Positions 52,367 to 61,834 of a DNA stretch of 64,000 nt are shown here, in pieces (the stretch's first letter is position 1; every line of letters starts with the position of its first letter). The notes under the pieces were generated by a model that did no database searches, was not told the DNA's origin, and was given only the letters and a program-made list of their open reading frames with translations. The translations under genes were made by a program, and so were the position numbers. The stretch is from Candidatus Bathyarchaeota archaeon (GTDB lineage: Archaea; Thermoproteota; Bathyarchaeia; Bathyarchaeales; Bathycorpusculaceae): NCBI GenBank assembly GCA_963775465.1, contig CAVZIW010000001.1:64001-128000 (forward strand), in the 5' to 3' direction.

Positions 52367-53374
52367 TTATGTCACAAAATTCGCTTCTCTGATAGTCAAC
52401 GCTGTCTTTGCTGTAGATGAAACATCGATTGCCGAGATAGCGTAAGGGAACCAATTTTTTTTGACAAATAGGACAAAGCTCTTTGCGTTTTTGAATGGTG
52501 ACTTTTAGTTTGCGGTAGCTGCACGTTCCAAACCAAGTTGCAACGTGGAAGCGGACAACATTGCGTTTAACAGAAGCATGGTTCAGTTGATACCAAGCCG
52601 TTCCCATGATGGTTTTACGTTCATCTTTGACCTTTACGATATAACCATCTTTTTCAAACAATCGCCGAGTTCTTGCTTCAAATCCGTTACAACCCGCGCA
52701 AGTGATTATGCTTTTAGCGTTGAATTTCGGGCAATGGCGACATTGTCCGTAACCATTTAGGATAAAGCCAATACAGTGAAAGTGAGGACTCCAGTACCAG
52801 CCCTTCATGTTGCGGATTCCGTTATTGTAAACATCGTGGGCACGATATCTGAAACCATGAAAGATTAGTACACCACCGATAACGCCTCTCGATTTCAGGA
52901 TTTTTGAAGCTTTTAATCGTAATTGCTCAAAATCTAATCCATAATCAGTTTTGGGAATACTTACAATGATGTGTTCGGCAACACCAGAAGTCTTGGAAGC
53001 CTCACATATTCGCTGAGTTATTCTATCTGCTTCACGAACAGCCCAACCAGACTTAAACAGACTGGGCAAGTCGGTTTGTCACAGCTAGCATGAACCTTTC
53101 GAACAAACACCTTACCTTTATAGTTCATTCTGTCTAGCGTTGTCTTATTGTGTAATTCGGTATGAAGGCAACCCTTGAAACTGACAAATCGACCGCAGTT
53201 TGAGTTAGTTAGTTTTCCATGACCTACGAGTTCGAAATCGCCATAGACACCCCACTTCTGAAAACTCTCATCGTCGAGAGATTTCTCGAACTCTTGATAA
53301 GCCTTTTCTTCTTCGGATTTAACAAACAATGTTTTTTCATTTTTTCTCTTGCTAATATAATGAGGAAAACACAT
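52314..53374 (-). CDS. rep: HUH-superfamily rolling-circle replication initiator, frameshifted near 53056
   Basis: Motif I-like HIIVS, motif II WSPHFHCIG, motif III WYQLNH; adding one T to TGTTTAAG joins ...SCDKPTCPVC to FKSGWAVREA; C-terminal CPIC. Confidence 0.8.
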
Positions 53375-53416
53375 AAATGGTAAAGTAAATTTGCCAGTAA
53401 AGGAGATTGAGTACTT

Positions 53417-53974
53417 GTGGAGAAATTTAAGGATGAATATTGTGAAAAAATTTTCGTAGTAATTTCAAACAATGATAACGAAGTTAGATTCAACGAATTA
53501 CACCGACAACTAGCCAAATATGGTGCAAAAATGTCAAAACCGACTTTGATTCAACATTTAAATCACCTTTTAGAAAAAGGAATTGTTCTACGCAAGGAAA
53601 CCGACAAACAAAATGTAACCTATGGAATAGATTGGAAAGAATACATTGAGGCGCAAAGAGTCAAGAAGTCTATGGAAAAAATGTCTAAGAGTAAAGAGAA
53701 TTTCAAGTTGGAAAGCATAAATAATCAAGTTATTTACGCCTGTGGTATGTTAACTTTGGGCGAGTTCTATTTTACTAAATTTGCTATTCTTGACCTTATT
53801 GAACCAGAAAAAAAGCTACAGCACTATATCTCTTATCAACTGATTCGAAGGATTTCTAGTATTTACTTTTCATGGCTTTTAGATACCTGCAAAGGTTCCC
53901 AAGAAAACAGTCAAAAAGCACTAAAATACATAGACAAACGCATCAAAGAAATTCACAAAGCTCTTTCAGGATAG
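53417..53974 (+). CDS. Winged-HTH transcriptional regulator, divergent from rep
   Basis: VRFNELHRQL...MSKPTLIQHLNHLLEKGIV...VTY. Confidence 0.85.
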   Translation: MEKFKDEYCEKIFVVISNNDNEVRFNELHRQLAKYGAKMSKPTLIQHLNHLLEKGIVLRKETDKQNVTYGIDWKEYIEAQRVKKSMEKMSKSKENFKLESINNQVIYACGMLTLGEFYFTKFAILDLIEPEKKLQHYISYQLIRRISSIYFSWLLDTCKGSQENSQKALKYIDKRIKEIHKALSG

Positions 53975-54428
53975 TAAACATAAAAAACATACTTGGTAGA
54001 ATAAGGGAGTAACATCGCTAACGGCTCCCTCTTCTTCAGCCATGGCGTATTTGCCCTTTAAAAATAGACCGCTTTTTTATAAAAAGCTAAGCAAAAATGA
54101 ATTACTCTATGTTTGCACAAGAGTAATCAGAAAGCCTTGTTTTTTGGCACCCCAAGACCCAAAAAACCGCCAATTTAACAGCTAATATGATGTTGCCCTT
54201 TTAGCAATCCTCTATGCCTTGCAGAACAACGCCTGCATCTTTTTTGACCCGTTGGAATTTTCCGCCATTCAGGAGTCTTGGCGCGTGCCTTAAGCTTCCC
54301 ATTACAGTCACAACAGTGATATTTTACTGGTCTATCCCTAATTCCAAAAATCTGCAAGAATTAATCACTTTAAAACTAATCTTTCTGCTTTTAACTCTGT
54401 CTTATCAGTCTCATATTAATGTTTATGA

Positions 54429-54501
54429 AGCAAGACACCTCGCCTAGCGGATGACCCCATCCTAAAGGATACCTCCCCGCAGGCAAGGGCTCTGTCTTGC
54501 T
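54429..54501. repeat. Long imperfect hairpin; partial copy at 58001-58050
   Basis: AGCAAGACA/TGTCTTGCT outer stem, CCTCGCCT(A)GCGG/CCGCAGGCAAGG middle stem, ATCCT-AA-AGGAT apex. Confidence 0.75.
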
Positions 54502-54719
54502 AAATAAACAAATAAACGAAAAAGAGAAGTATCGGTTTCTTATTATTTGATTAGCTCTTATTGATCTGATTTTGGAGTTGAGAGTGAGTTCCTAAATATT
54601 ATATTGTAGAAAAAACAGTTCAACAATACATTGAACAATTGCGGGGCTGTGTGCTAAAGGAAGGTAGTTACTGTTGGCGGCAATGTCCCCTAAATATTTG
54701 GATAAAAAATTAGTGAGTA

Positions 54720-55064
54720 TTGATGCTTTTGAAAATGAATTCAGCCGTGGAAAAGAGCTACACTCTTATTATTAGAGTGGTTAATTTTAAAGAAAACAAA
54801 CCAATTGAAAATGTTAACGTGACAGTTTTCAGATTAGAACAGGAATCAATAACTCTTAATCAGTGGACTGAAAATCTCAAAAATGGAACTCCATTTAAAA
54901 GGTTGATTTTTTCGATGAATACCGATAATAATGGCATGGTGACCGCTGAGGTTTCAGAAGGTATTTATGAAGCTAAAATCGAAAAATATGGTTTAACTAA
55001 AATTTGTGAGATAACGCAAAACGATGAAATTGTTTTTGTTGAACCAAAAAAGCATTGGTGGTGA
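54720..55064 (+). CDS. Hypothetical protein, carboxypeptidase-regulatory-like beta-sandwich
   Basis: PIENVNVTV...TDNNG...EGIYEAKIEKYG. Confidence 0.65.
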   Translation: MMLLKMNSAVEKSYTLIIRVVNFKENKPIENVNVTVFRLEQESITLNQWTENLKNGTPFKRLIFSMNTDNNGMVTAEVSEGIYEAKIEKYGLTKICEITQNDEIVFVEPKKHWW

Positions 55065-55129
55065 TAGTGAAGAGTGCGCCCGCACTGAATTGCATATTTA
55101 GAAGAAATTCATTAAGAAATCAGAAACAG

Positions 55130-55348
55130 CTATTGTTTGAAAATTACCAGATATTTTCTTTCTATATCTTCTACTATGGTTAATCCATGCTTTTTCGCAT
55201 GAGCTTCTATTCCTGATTTGTTATAATCGCACTTTATTTGAATCTGATAATGGCTAGGAACTCTTTCACATATGTTTACGTATGACGGTTCAACTAAATC
55301 TTTTGACACTAATTCTTTTAGAATAGCCATGGCTTGCTCTCTATTCAA
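55130..55348 (-). CDS. Hypothetical protein
   Basis: 72-aa ORF with plausible composition. Confidence 0.6.
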   Translation of the reverse strand: MNREQAMAILKELVSKDLVEPSYVNICERVPSHYQIQIKCDYNKSGIEAHAKKHGLTIVEDIERKYLVIFKQ

Positions 55349-55783
55349 ATCTAAATACCCACAAAGAATTTAGTTATTTCAAGTAGGCTAAATATTTTTC
55401 CATAGAGAAAGCATAGACAGAACTATCAAAAAATGACCTAATATGTTACTTTAAAGCCTGTTTCGCAGTTCTTACACGTATACTGTTCAACGCGGAAAAC
55501 ATTGCAACTTAGAAATTTGTCAGGGTTGGAAACGTTTTTTCCGCAATTAGGACATTTAGCCACATGCAGCCCTCGAGCATAAACTAGTACTTTTGAAAAA
55601 AGACTTAAGAAGATTTGTGATTACATCAAGGTACAATAGCCATTCCAAAGTTTTCCATAAACACGCGCTAAAAAACAAGTAGTCCTATCAGTAAAGGAAC
55701 CTTGGCTAAAGCAAGTCAGCATTACGCGAAAAGGAATAGACAAGATAACATATATATTTAGAACAAATCAAAATAGTTGTTGA

Positions 55784-56080
55784 GTGAATTATATGATAAA
55801 TTTTGAAGAAATTATGGGGTTACAGGTGGTAACTTCGGAGGCAAATATTATTGGAGTAGTAGAAGGCGCAAAAGTTGACACCGCAACTTGGATGATAAAG
55901 TTTTTGAACGTGAAACTTACTGGTGAGGCTGCCGATAATCTCGGAAAGAAGAAGAGATTCAGAAGTACCAAAATATGCATTCCAGTTGGCATGGTTCAAG
56001 CAGTTGGGAATATAGTAACCATCTCAAGGTCGATAGAAGAGTTGGAAAGCTCTCAGGAAATTACAGAATGCACAAAATAA
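55784..56080 (+). CDS. PRC-barrel domain protein
   Basis: IMGLQVVTSEANIIGVV...VDTATW...IPVGMVQAVGNIV. Confidence 0.85.
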   Translation: MNYMINFEEIMGLQVVTSEANIIGVVEGAKVDTATWMIKFLNVKLTGEAADNLGKKKRFRSTKICIPVGMVQAVGNIVTISRSIEELESSQEITECTK

Positions 56081-56233
56081 AATGAACTAAGATCTTAAGC
56101 ACTGAGACAAGATAGTCTCATATTAGAAACTAAGAGCTTGCTTCAGAATAACCCAACATCTTTGGGGTTTTCTCGCAAATGAGGACTTTGAATTGCCGAC
56201 ACAATTTACCTGCTATGTGTAAGAGAGTTGATT

Positions 56234-56734
56234 TTAGAGAATGTGCATAGTGATGAGAACATGAAATATTATCACCAAGAAAAACACCATGACCAAGCTG
56301 GCGTGAATAAACTTGTTAGTTTTATGGTCAATTTGCTTTATTAACGGGAATCTCTCAGCGAAACCTGATATTACTTCTAATGTCATGGAAATGTAAATAG
56401 CTAAACCCGTTCCTAAAGACGGATAGAAGAATATGGATCTTCCTAGTTGACCCGAAAAATGAATTGAGACTAAAGAGAAGAATAGAAGATTACCGAATAT
56501 GTGGTACCTAAGAAGGCCTTTGTACTTTTGAGGATAATAACGCTTTAAAACTACGAATGCTGGGGTACTGATGGCGATGTAACTTGTTCCAATTATGGCA
56601 AGCCAGTGACTGAAACGAAGAGGACCAACAAAGAAGCTTACGTTAATCCAATGTAGGAAGGCTGCGACCATGAGCAAGGCTGTTACTATGATAAATAGTA
56701 ACGCCAGCAGAAATTCTGAGTTTTTAAAGTCCAA
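56234..56734 (-). CDS. Membrane protein with conserved TM histidines (cytochrome b-like); paralog of 61835-62365
   Basis: SHWL, RYHIFGN, SIHF, FIH, FHV. Confidence 0.75.
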   Translation of the reverse strand: MDFKNSEFLLALLFIIVTALLMVAAFLHWINVSFFVGPLRFSHWLAIIGTSYIAISTPAFVVLKRYYPQKYKGLLRYHIFGNLLFFSLVSIHFSGQLGRSIFFYPSLGTGLAIYISMTLEVISGFAERFPLIKQIDHKTNKFIHASLVMVFFLVIIFHVLITMHIL

Positions 56735-56854
56735 TAAAAATCCTCTTCCTTAAAGTATTGATAACTAAATATAAGAATTACTTAAGGCAGCTTAACTTCA
56801 AATTCTCCTTTCGATGGACTCTAATAAATAGATGACGCGCACTAAAGGAAAACT

Positions 56855-56866
56855 AAAAGTTTATAA
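56855..56866 (+). promoter_or_regulatory. BRE/TATA promoter facing attR, upstream of the putative integrase N-terminal fragment
   Basis: AAAAG-TTTATAA about 33 bp before ATG 56899. Confidence 0.55.
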
Positions 56867-56930
56867 CTAGATAGCGACATAAAGACACAGAGATCAACAT
56901 GAGCGATAATAGAAGAAAATTACTAAGCCC

Positions 56931-56959
56931 AAGGCGGGTTACGTCCAATACACCAGCCC
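56931..56959 (+). repeat. attR: displaced copy of the rnpB 3' end
   Basis: AAGGCGGGTTACGTCCAATACACCAGCCC. Confidence 0.9.
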
Positions 56960-57066
56960 GCATATACAACAGAAGGTATCTGAAGTAACAAAAGACAGCC
57001 CTTCTGTTATACATGCCAATTCTTAATCTTTGAAATATTGGAAAAAGGAATTAGCAAGTAGTGATG
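56960..57066 (+). pseudogene. Truncated remnant of a second, related integrase
   Basis: Translates (P)HIQQKVSEVTKDSPSVIHANS*SLKYWKKELASSD versus PRIQQKIAEITNNSPSVIYANSNALEYWKKELANRD at the left end. Confidence 0.8.
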
Positions 57067-57125
57067 ATAATCTCCAAAGGTTTACTTCTCTCCTGCTCGC
57101 GCTTATCGCCTGTTTAAATATCTGC

Positions 57126-57440
57126 TTATGGATTAAAATTTACAGTGTCAATTCTGTGATGTTCCACTTCAGGTTGCCTTTCAAAAAAAGGAGTAACTTT
57201 GTCCATTGTGGAAGAAAATAACTCTTCTGATTCTAAAAATGACTCGTTGTCTTCCCACATCGTTATAATTAAAGCAACGTCGTCATTGTCACATGAAAAT
57301 GATGATACATAACCTCGATACCCCTTTGCGCTTCGTACAAGTTTGTTTAAGATAAGGTCTAACTCAGCAAAGCCTTCTTCGCGTTTTCCAGATTTAAAGA
57401 AAAACTTTGCTATTCTTGCGACAACCAATTCATACACCAA
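57126..57440 (-). CDS. ABM (antibiotic biosynthesis monooxygenase-like) domain protein
   Basis: KSGKREE...KGYRG...ITMWED. Confidence 0.8.
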   Translation of the reverse strand: MVYELVVARIAKFFFKSGKREEGFAELDLILNKLVRSAKGYRGYVSSFSCDNDDVALIITMWEDNESFLESEELFSSTMDKVTPFFERQPEVEHHRIDTVNFNP

Positions 57441-57625
57441 GATTAGATTATTTTTTTATAGATTTAACTTTTTGCAAATCTTTAACTTCGATAAGTCTGA
57501 GGGTTCCACCCTCTTTTGTCGCCAAACATTTTGAGTACCATCCAATGATTAAAATTTGACGAAAAATAGATCTACATCTCTTATAGCGTTGCCACTTACC
57601 TATTCTTCTCAAAACTTGTAAAGCA

Positions 57626-57856
57626 CTATGTTTTAAATGACCTAAAGTTTCGGTATCCCTTTTTTTCCATTTCAGCTAAGAAACCTTCACTCTCAGATTC
57701 GGGCAAAAGAGGACAAATGCTAAACTGTACTTTACCATTTTGATGTTGCTCTTCAGTGGTTTCATCAAAAACACATCTTTTATTTCCTTCAATTAGAAGA
57801 ATACACTTAGCATTATTATCGAAGTTACAGCATATTTTACGACCAAATTTGCCCAA
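57626..57856 (-). CDS. Small Cys-containing hypothetical protein
   Basis: GGTGG RBS; CCN...C...C...CPL. Confidence 0.55.
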   Translation of the reverse strand: MGKFGRKICCNFDNNAKCILLIEGNKRCVFDETTEEQHQNGKVQFSICPLLPESESEGFLAEMEKKGYRNFRSFKT

Positions 57857-58064
57857 AATTCCACCTTCATAGTTCTGAATGATATAGAGCCTTGGAGTAA
57901 AAATATTATACGCTAATCTTTCGCGTCGCTCCCGCTCCGCTTTTTGCCTTGCGCTTTTAAATACAGGCTAAACGGTTAAAGCGACTCGGTTGTGGTGGCA
58001 GATGACCCTCCCTAAAGGATACCCTCCCCGCAAGCAAGGGTTTTGTCTTACAACATCATATTGG

Positions 58065-58984
58065 CTAAAGAAATTCGGCATTTTTCGGTTCAATTTGTAT
58101 TGTCGTATGTTCGATACCAAATTTATCGTTTAATAACTTGTTTATTCTTTGGATAATTTCACTCACATCTTCGCTACTATGTATAGTCGCTTCTATATGT
58201 GCGGTTAAGGAATACATTCCAGAAGTTATTTCCCATATATGCATGTCATTAATTGCCGATTTACTTCAGGGATATTTTTCTTAATTTCCTCTGTAACAAC
58301 ATTTGCGTTAATTCCTTTAGGGGAAGTCTCCATTAGAACATTAATGGAGTCTTGCATTAATCCGAAAGCCCAAATAAAGATTAGCACTGAAATCCCAATG
58401 CCCAATAATGGGTCAATTATATACCAACCAGTTAAAGAAACAACGATTGCGCCAATTATGATAAACACAGAGGAGGCTGTATCAGCAAACATGTGAAGAA
58501 ACGCACCTTTAACATTTAGGTCGTTCTTAATGCTTTTTCGCAGAATTAGTATGCTAAATCCATTTGCAGCCAATCCCGCCAAAGCAACGAGAAACATTTC
58601 AAAGCCTAAAACAGGCTGAGGATTTAGTAACCGTTCTATCCCCTGAAAAAATATGTATGCAGTTACCCCGAAGAGGAAAATGCTGTTAAATAAAGCTGCC
58701 AAAATTTCTGCTCTGTAATACCCGAATGTTCGATGATGACATGGTTCTCTGCAGGAAATCATGATCGCTGCAAAACTGATTATCAGGGCAAATAAATGGG
58801 TAAACATGTGACTTGCATCGCTGATTAACGCTAAGCTACCAGATAGTATACTTCCAACAACTTCGATTACCATAACCGACGCTGTAACAACCATAGAAAG
58901 AATTAATCGATTCTTAGTAACGTTCTTATACTCATGAATATCGGACAAAGTATCCATTTTCGGTCTATGATTGTGTTTCATCAA
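58065..58984 (-). CDS. Cation diffusion facilitator (CzcD/ZitB-like), frameshifted near 58260
   Basis: ALISDASHM, TFGYYRAE, GAFLHMFAD; the shifted frame continues INDMHIWEITSG...LTAHI...FGIEHTTIQIE to a stop at 58065. Confidence 0.9.
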
Positions 58985-59122
58985 TCTGCTCTCAGGGTAA
59001 AAAGGTAATTCTTACTTTTTAACCATAACATCATTAAATGTATTTCCAAGAGTTGTAAAGATAGATCGCTGAATTAGATAGCCAAAATGGAAAAAATGCC
59101 TGTTGAGAATTTTTCTTTCGTC

Positions 59123-59677
59123 TTAAAGCAAATGTTCTATCAAGATGCGAATCCCTATTACTATAAGGATGACACCTCCGAGTATCTCAATTTTCTGGCC
59201 AAAAAGTTTGCCTAAACCGCTACCAAAGATGAACCCCACAAATGAAAGTAGAAAGGTCACTGCACCGATAAGGGCGATTGGTAGCGCAATAGAGATTTCT
59301 AAAAAAGCAAAACTAAAACCAACCATTAAAGCGTCAATACTAGTAGCAACTGCTAAAACAAACACTGAAGATAATTTAATACTATCTTCTTTTTTATTGT
59401 CTCCATTTTTTAAAGATTCATAAATCATTTTTACACCGATAAAACCCAGTAACCCAAACGCTATCCAATGATCGATGCCGACTATAACATCTTTAAAACT
59501 TAATCCTGCAACCCACCCGATAACCGGCATTATCATTTGGAAGCCGCCAAACAATGAAGCTAATAATATAGCTGATTTGCGTCTATCCTTTTTGAAAGTT
59601 ATTCCCTTTGCTATTGAAGCAGCGAAAGCATCCATTGCTAAGCCTAAGGCAATCAGGAATATAGTAAGTATATCCAC
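59123..59677 (-). CDS. mntP: Manganese efflux pump MntP family
   Basis: GLAMDAFA, FQMIMP, DHWIAF, ATSIDAL, EILGG. Confidence 0.92.
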   Translation of the reverse strand: MDILTIFLIALGLAMDAFAASIAKGITFKKDRRKSAILLASLFGGFQMIMPVIGWVAGLSFKDVIVGIDHWIAFGLLGFIGVKMIYESLKNGDNKKEDSIKLSSVFVLAVATSIDALMVGFSFAFLEISIALPIALIGAVTFLLSFVGFIFGSGLGKLFGQKIEILGGVILIVIGIRILIEHLL

Positions 59678-60259
59678 TTATTTCACCTAGCAAAGTTGAT
59701 ACAAAAACTAATTTCGGGAATATAGGTTTTATACGTATTTGCTAGATTTCTAAAAATACAACAGAATTCCTAAAGGTCAATCTAGACGTTGATGAAAAGG
59801 AATCAAGTATAAAATGTAGGAATAATGAGAAGGTGCTAAATCTAAAAACGGGTACGACCAACGCACTAAGCTGTGATGATATCACAAGGGGACATGTTGT
59901 AGTGTTTTAACACCAACAACAGTTTAAAGGGTTGATAGAACTTTATTTTGTAATGCGGATTTCGCCGTTTAGTCCTCATGCTAAAACATTCGCCATCTTT
60001 CCTCAAAGACAGCTTATTTTTTGCTTGGATAAACGACGAGTTCCGTTCACGTTTTCAAATTAGTAACTCTCAAAAGAAAGTAGGGAAAAGGGTCGATACT
60101 TAGAACGTCGGCCTTATTGATAATTTGATCAAATTAGATGGAACTGAAAGCAGTCAAAACTCAAGTTCTTGTTTGTATAAGTGAAACACGGGTTAAGGGG
60201 ACTTTCTTTGACTGAATCTTAATTAGACGATACAACTATTATGTACTTGAGGGATTTTT

Positions 60260-61100
60260 TTGGCGACACCTCAAAAGGAAACAAAAAGAATGTTGCCTGG
60301 CGTTGTCGATATTGCTTATGAGCAGTATAAACGTGATTTACAAAGTTATCAGATGGCAAAGGAAATAATGAGTCAGAATGTTGCTACTACAGTTCCAGAA
60401 GCTTCGCTCAAAGACGTTTCTCGAATTATGGGTGAGAAACATATTGGAAGCCTAATCGTAATGAAATATAAAACGCCCGTTGGAATAGTTACTGAACGCG
60501 ACTTACTCAGCAAGGTCCTAGCGTATGGTGAGTTTATAGGAGACGAAAAAGTTGAAGATGTGATGTCATATCCGCTATTTTCAGTTTCTTCTACAACTAA
60601 AATAAAAGAAGTTGCTCAGCTTATGATTAGTAGAAAGGGTAGACTTGCAGTATTTGATGCTGGAACTCTACGTGGGTATTGTGGCCGCTTCAGACCTAAT
60701 CAAAAGTCTGCCTGATGTTGCTGAAACTGAAGTTAAAGTTGATGACTTCATGACCAAAAATGTCATTACTGCCGACGAAGAAGCATTCGTTATCAACATA
60801 GCTAAAATTATGGGTAAACAACGTGTAGGCAGCATCATTATTACACGTGACGATGAGCCATTTGGGATTTTTACTGAACGGGACCTGCTAACGAATTTCT
60901 TGGCCACAGGCAAGTCAATGTATACAGAGTTAGGGCCAGTATGTTCACATCCTTTAATCGTTATTCCCATTGGTGAAAGCGTACATAGAGCGGCAGCCGC
61001 TATGGCACTCAAACACATTAGACGATTGCCTGTAGTTAGAGATGGCAAGTTGATAGGTATTATAACTGCACGCGATCTCGTCGAGGCTTATGCAAAATAA
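60260..61100 (+). CDS. CBS-domain protein (two CBS pairs), frameshifted near 60671
   Basis: GIVTERDL, GIFTERDL, GIITARDL; removing C60671 gives GTLVGIVAASDLI and joins the two ORFs. Confidence 0.85.
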
Positions 61101-61316
61101 TTTTCCTCCTTTTTTGTTTTTGCACTCAATTTTGGTAAATCATCTCAAACAAGTAACCTGCCCAAAACTCTAACTCAGACACGAAGGTGCATCCTACATG
61201 AATAAAGATGTGTCTTCAACGTTGGAATATTGAAAAAATGTAGTAGCAAACAAAATCGAAATCAATTAGAAACGACTTTGGTGATTCGCTTCCGCTCAGC
61301 CTCACAAATTTTATGT

Positions 61317-61724
61317 TCACTCTTTTTTAGATATAAAATAAAGTGCAAACATGTGGTTCTGATATGTCACGGGAACCACAATGACATTAGCATCAAATAC
61401 CTGCCCTGAAGTAGTCTTTAGCTTAACATCCATTGAAGAACCAATCATTTTCTCAGTAGCGTTAAAATATGCTGAAACCACCGCGTCCTGACTCTTCTTG
61501 TCAACGTTTTCTTCCAAAGGATTTTTTATTTTAGCCCAATCCTCAGGCGAAGTATAGCCTAAAAGTGAAGCAAACTTGTTATTGCAAACCTTGTGGTTAT
61601 CATCTAAATAAAGATAAATTGCCTGCTCTGACATGTCAAAAATTAGCTTTAACTGATTATGAAATCCGCTAACAAGCTCTTCATGATGTTTTTGTTCAGA
61701 ACTCATATCCTCACCGATGTTCAT
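61317..61724 (-). CDS. Stand-alone PAS-like protein
   Basis: IFDMSEQAIY...CNNKFASLLGYTSPEDW. Confidence 0.72.
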   Translation of the reverse strand: MNIGEDMSSEQKHHEELVSGFHNQLKLIFDMSEQAIYLYLDDNHKVCNNKFASLLGYTSPEDWAKIKNPLEENVDKKSQDAVVSAYFNATEKMIGSSMDVKLKTTSGQVFDANVIVVPVTYQNHMFALYFISKKE

Positions 61725-61834
61725 GTTTATCTAAAGGTCAGCTCTTAAATGATTGTGGTTGGCAATCAGTAACCACAACCTCTTTCGCGGTCGATCTGCT
61801 TTTATTTTCGACTTCAGATAATAAGAGCCCTCTT

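Larger units (their letters stand above)
48373..56959. mobile_element. Integrated plasmid-like element (tyrosine integrase + HUH rolling-circle Rep) inserted in rnpB
   Basis: Flanking 29-bp repeats, integrase adjacent to attL, Rep, wHTH regulator, accessory genes. Confidence 0.88.

Noticed and set aside
48373-56959. Provirus
   Set aside because: No recognisable capsid, packaging ATPase or terminase; plasmid-like is the more conservative call
57030-57221. 63-aa ORF beginning MKYWKKELAS
   Set aside because: Only the first ~12 codons match the integrase; the rest runs antisense into the ABM gene. It is a remnant, not a gene
59678-60000. yybP-ykoY manganese riboswitch upstream of mntP
   Set aside because: No recognisable consensus or convincing structure by eye
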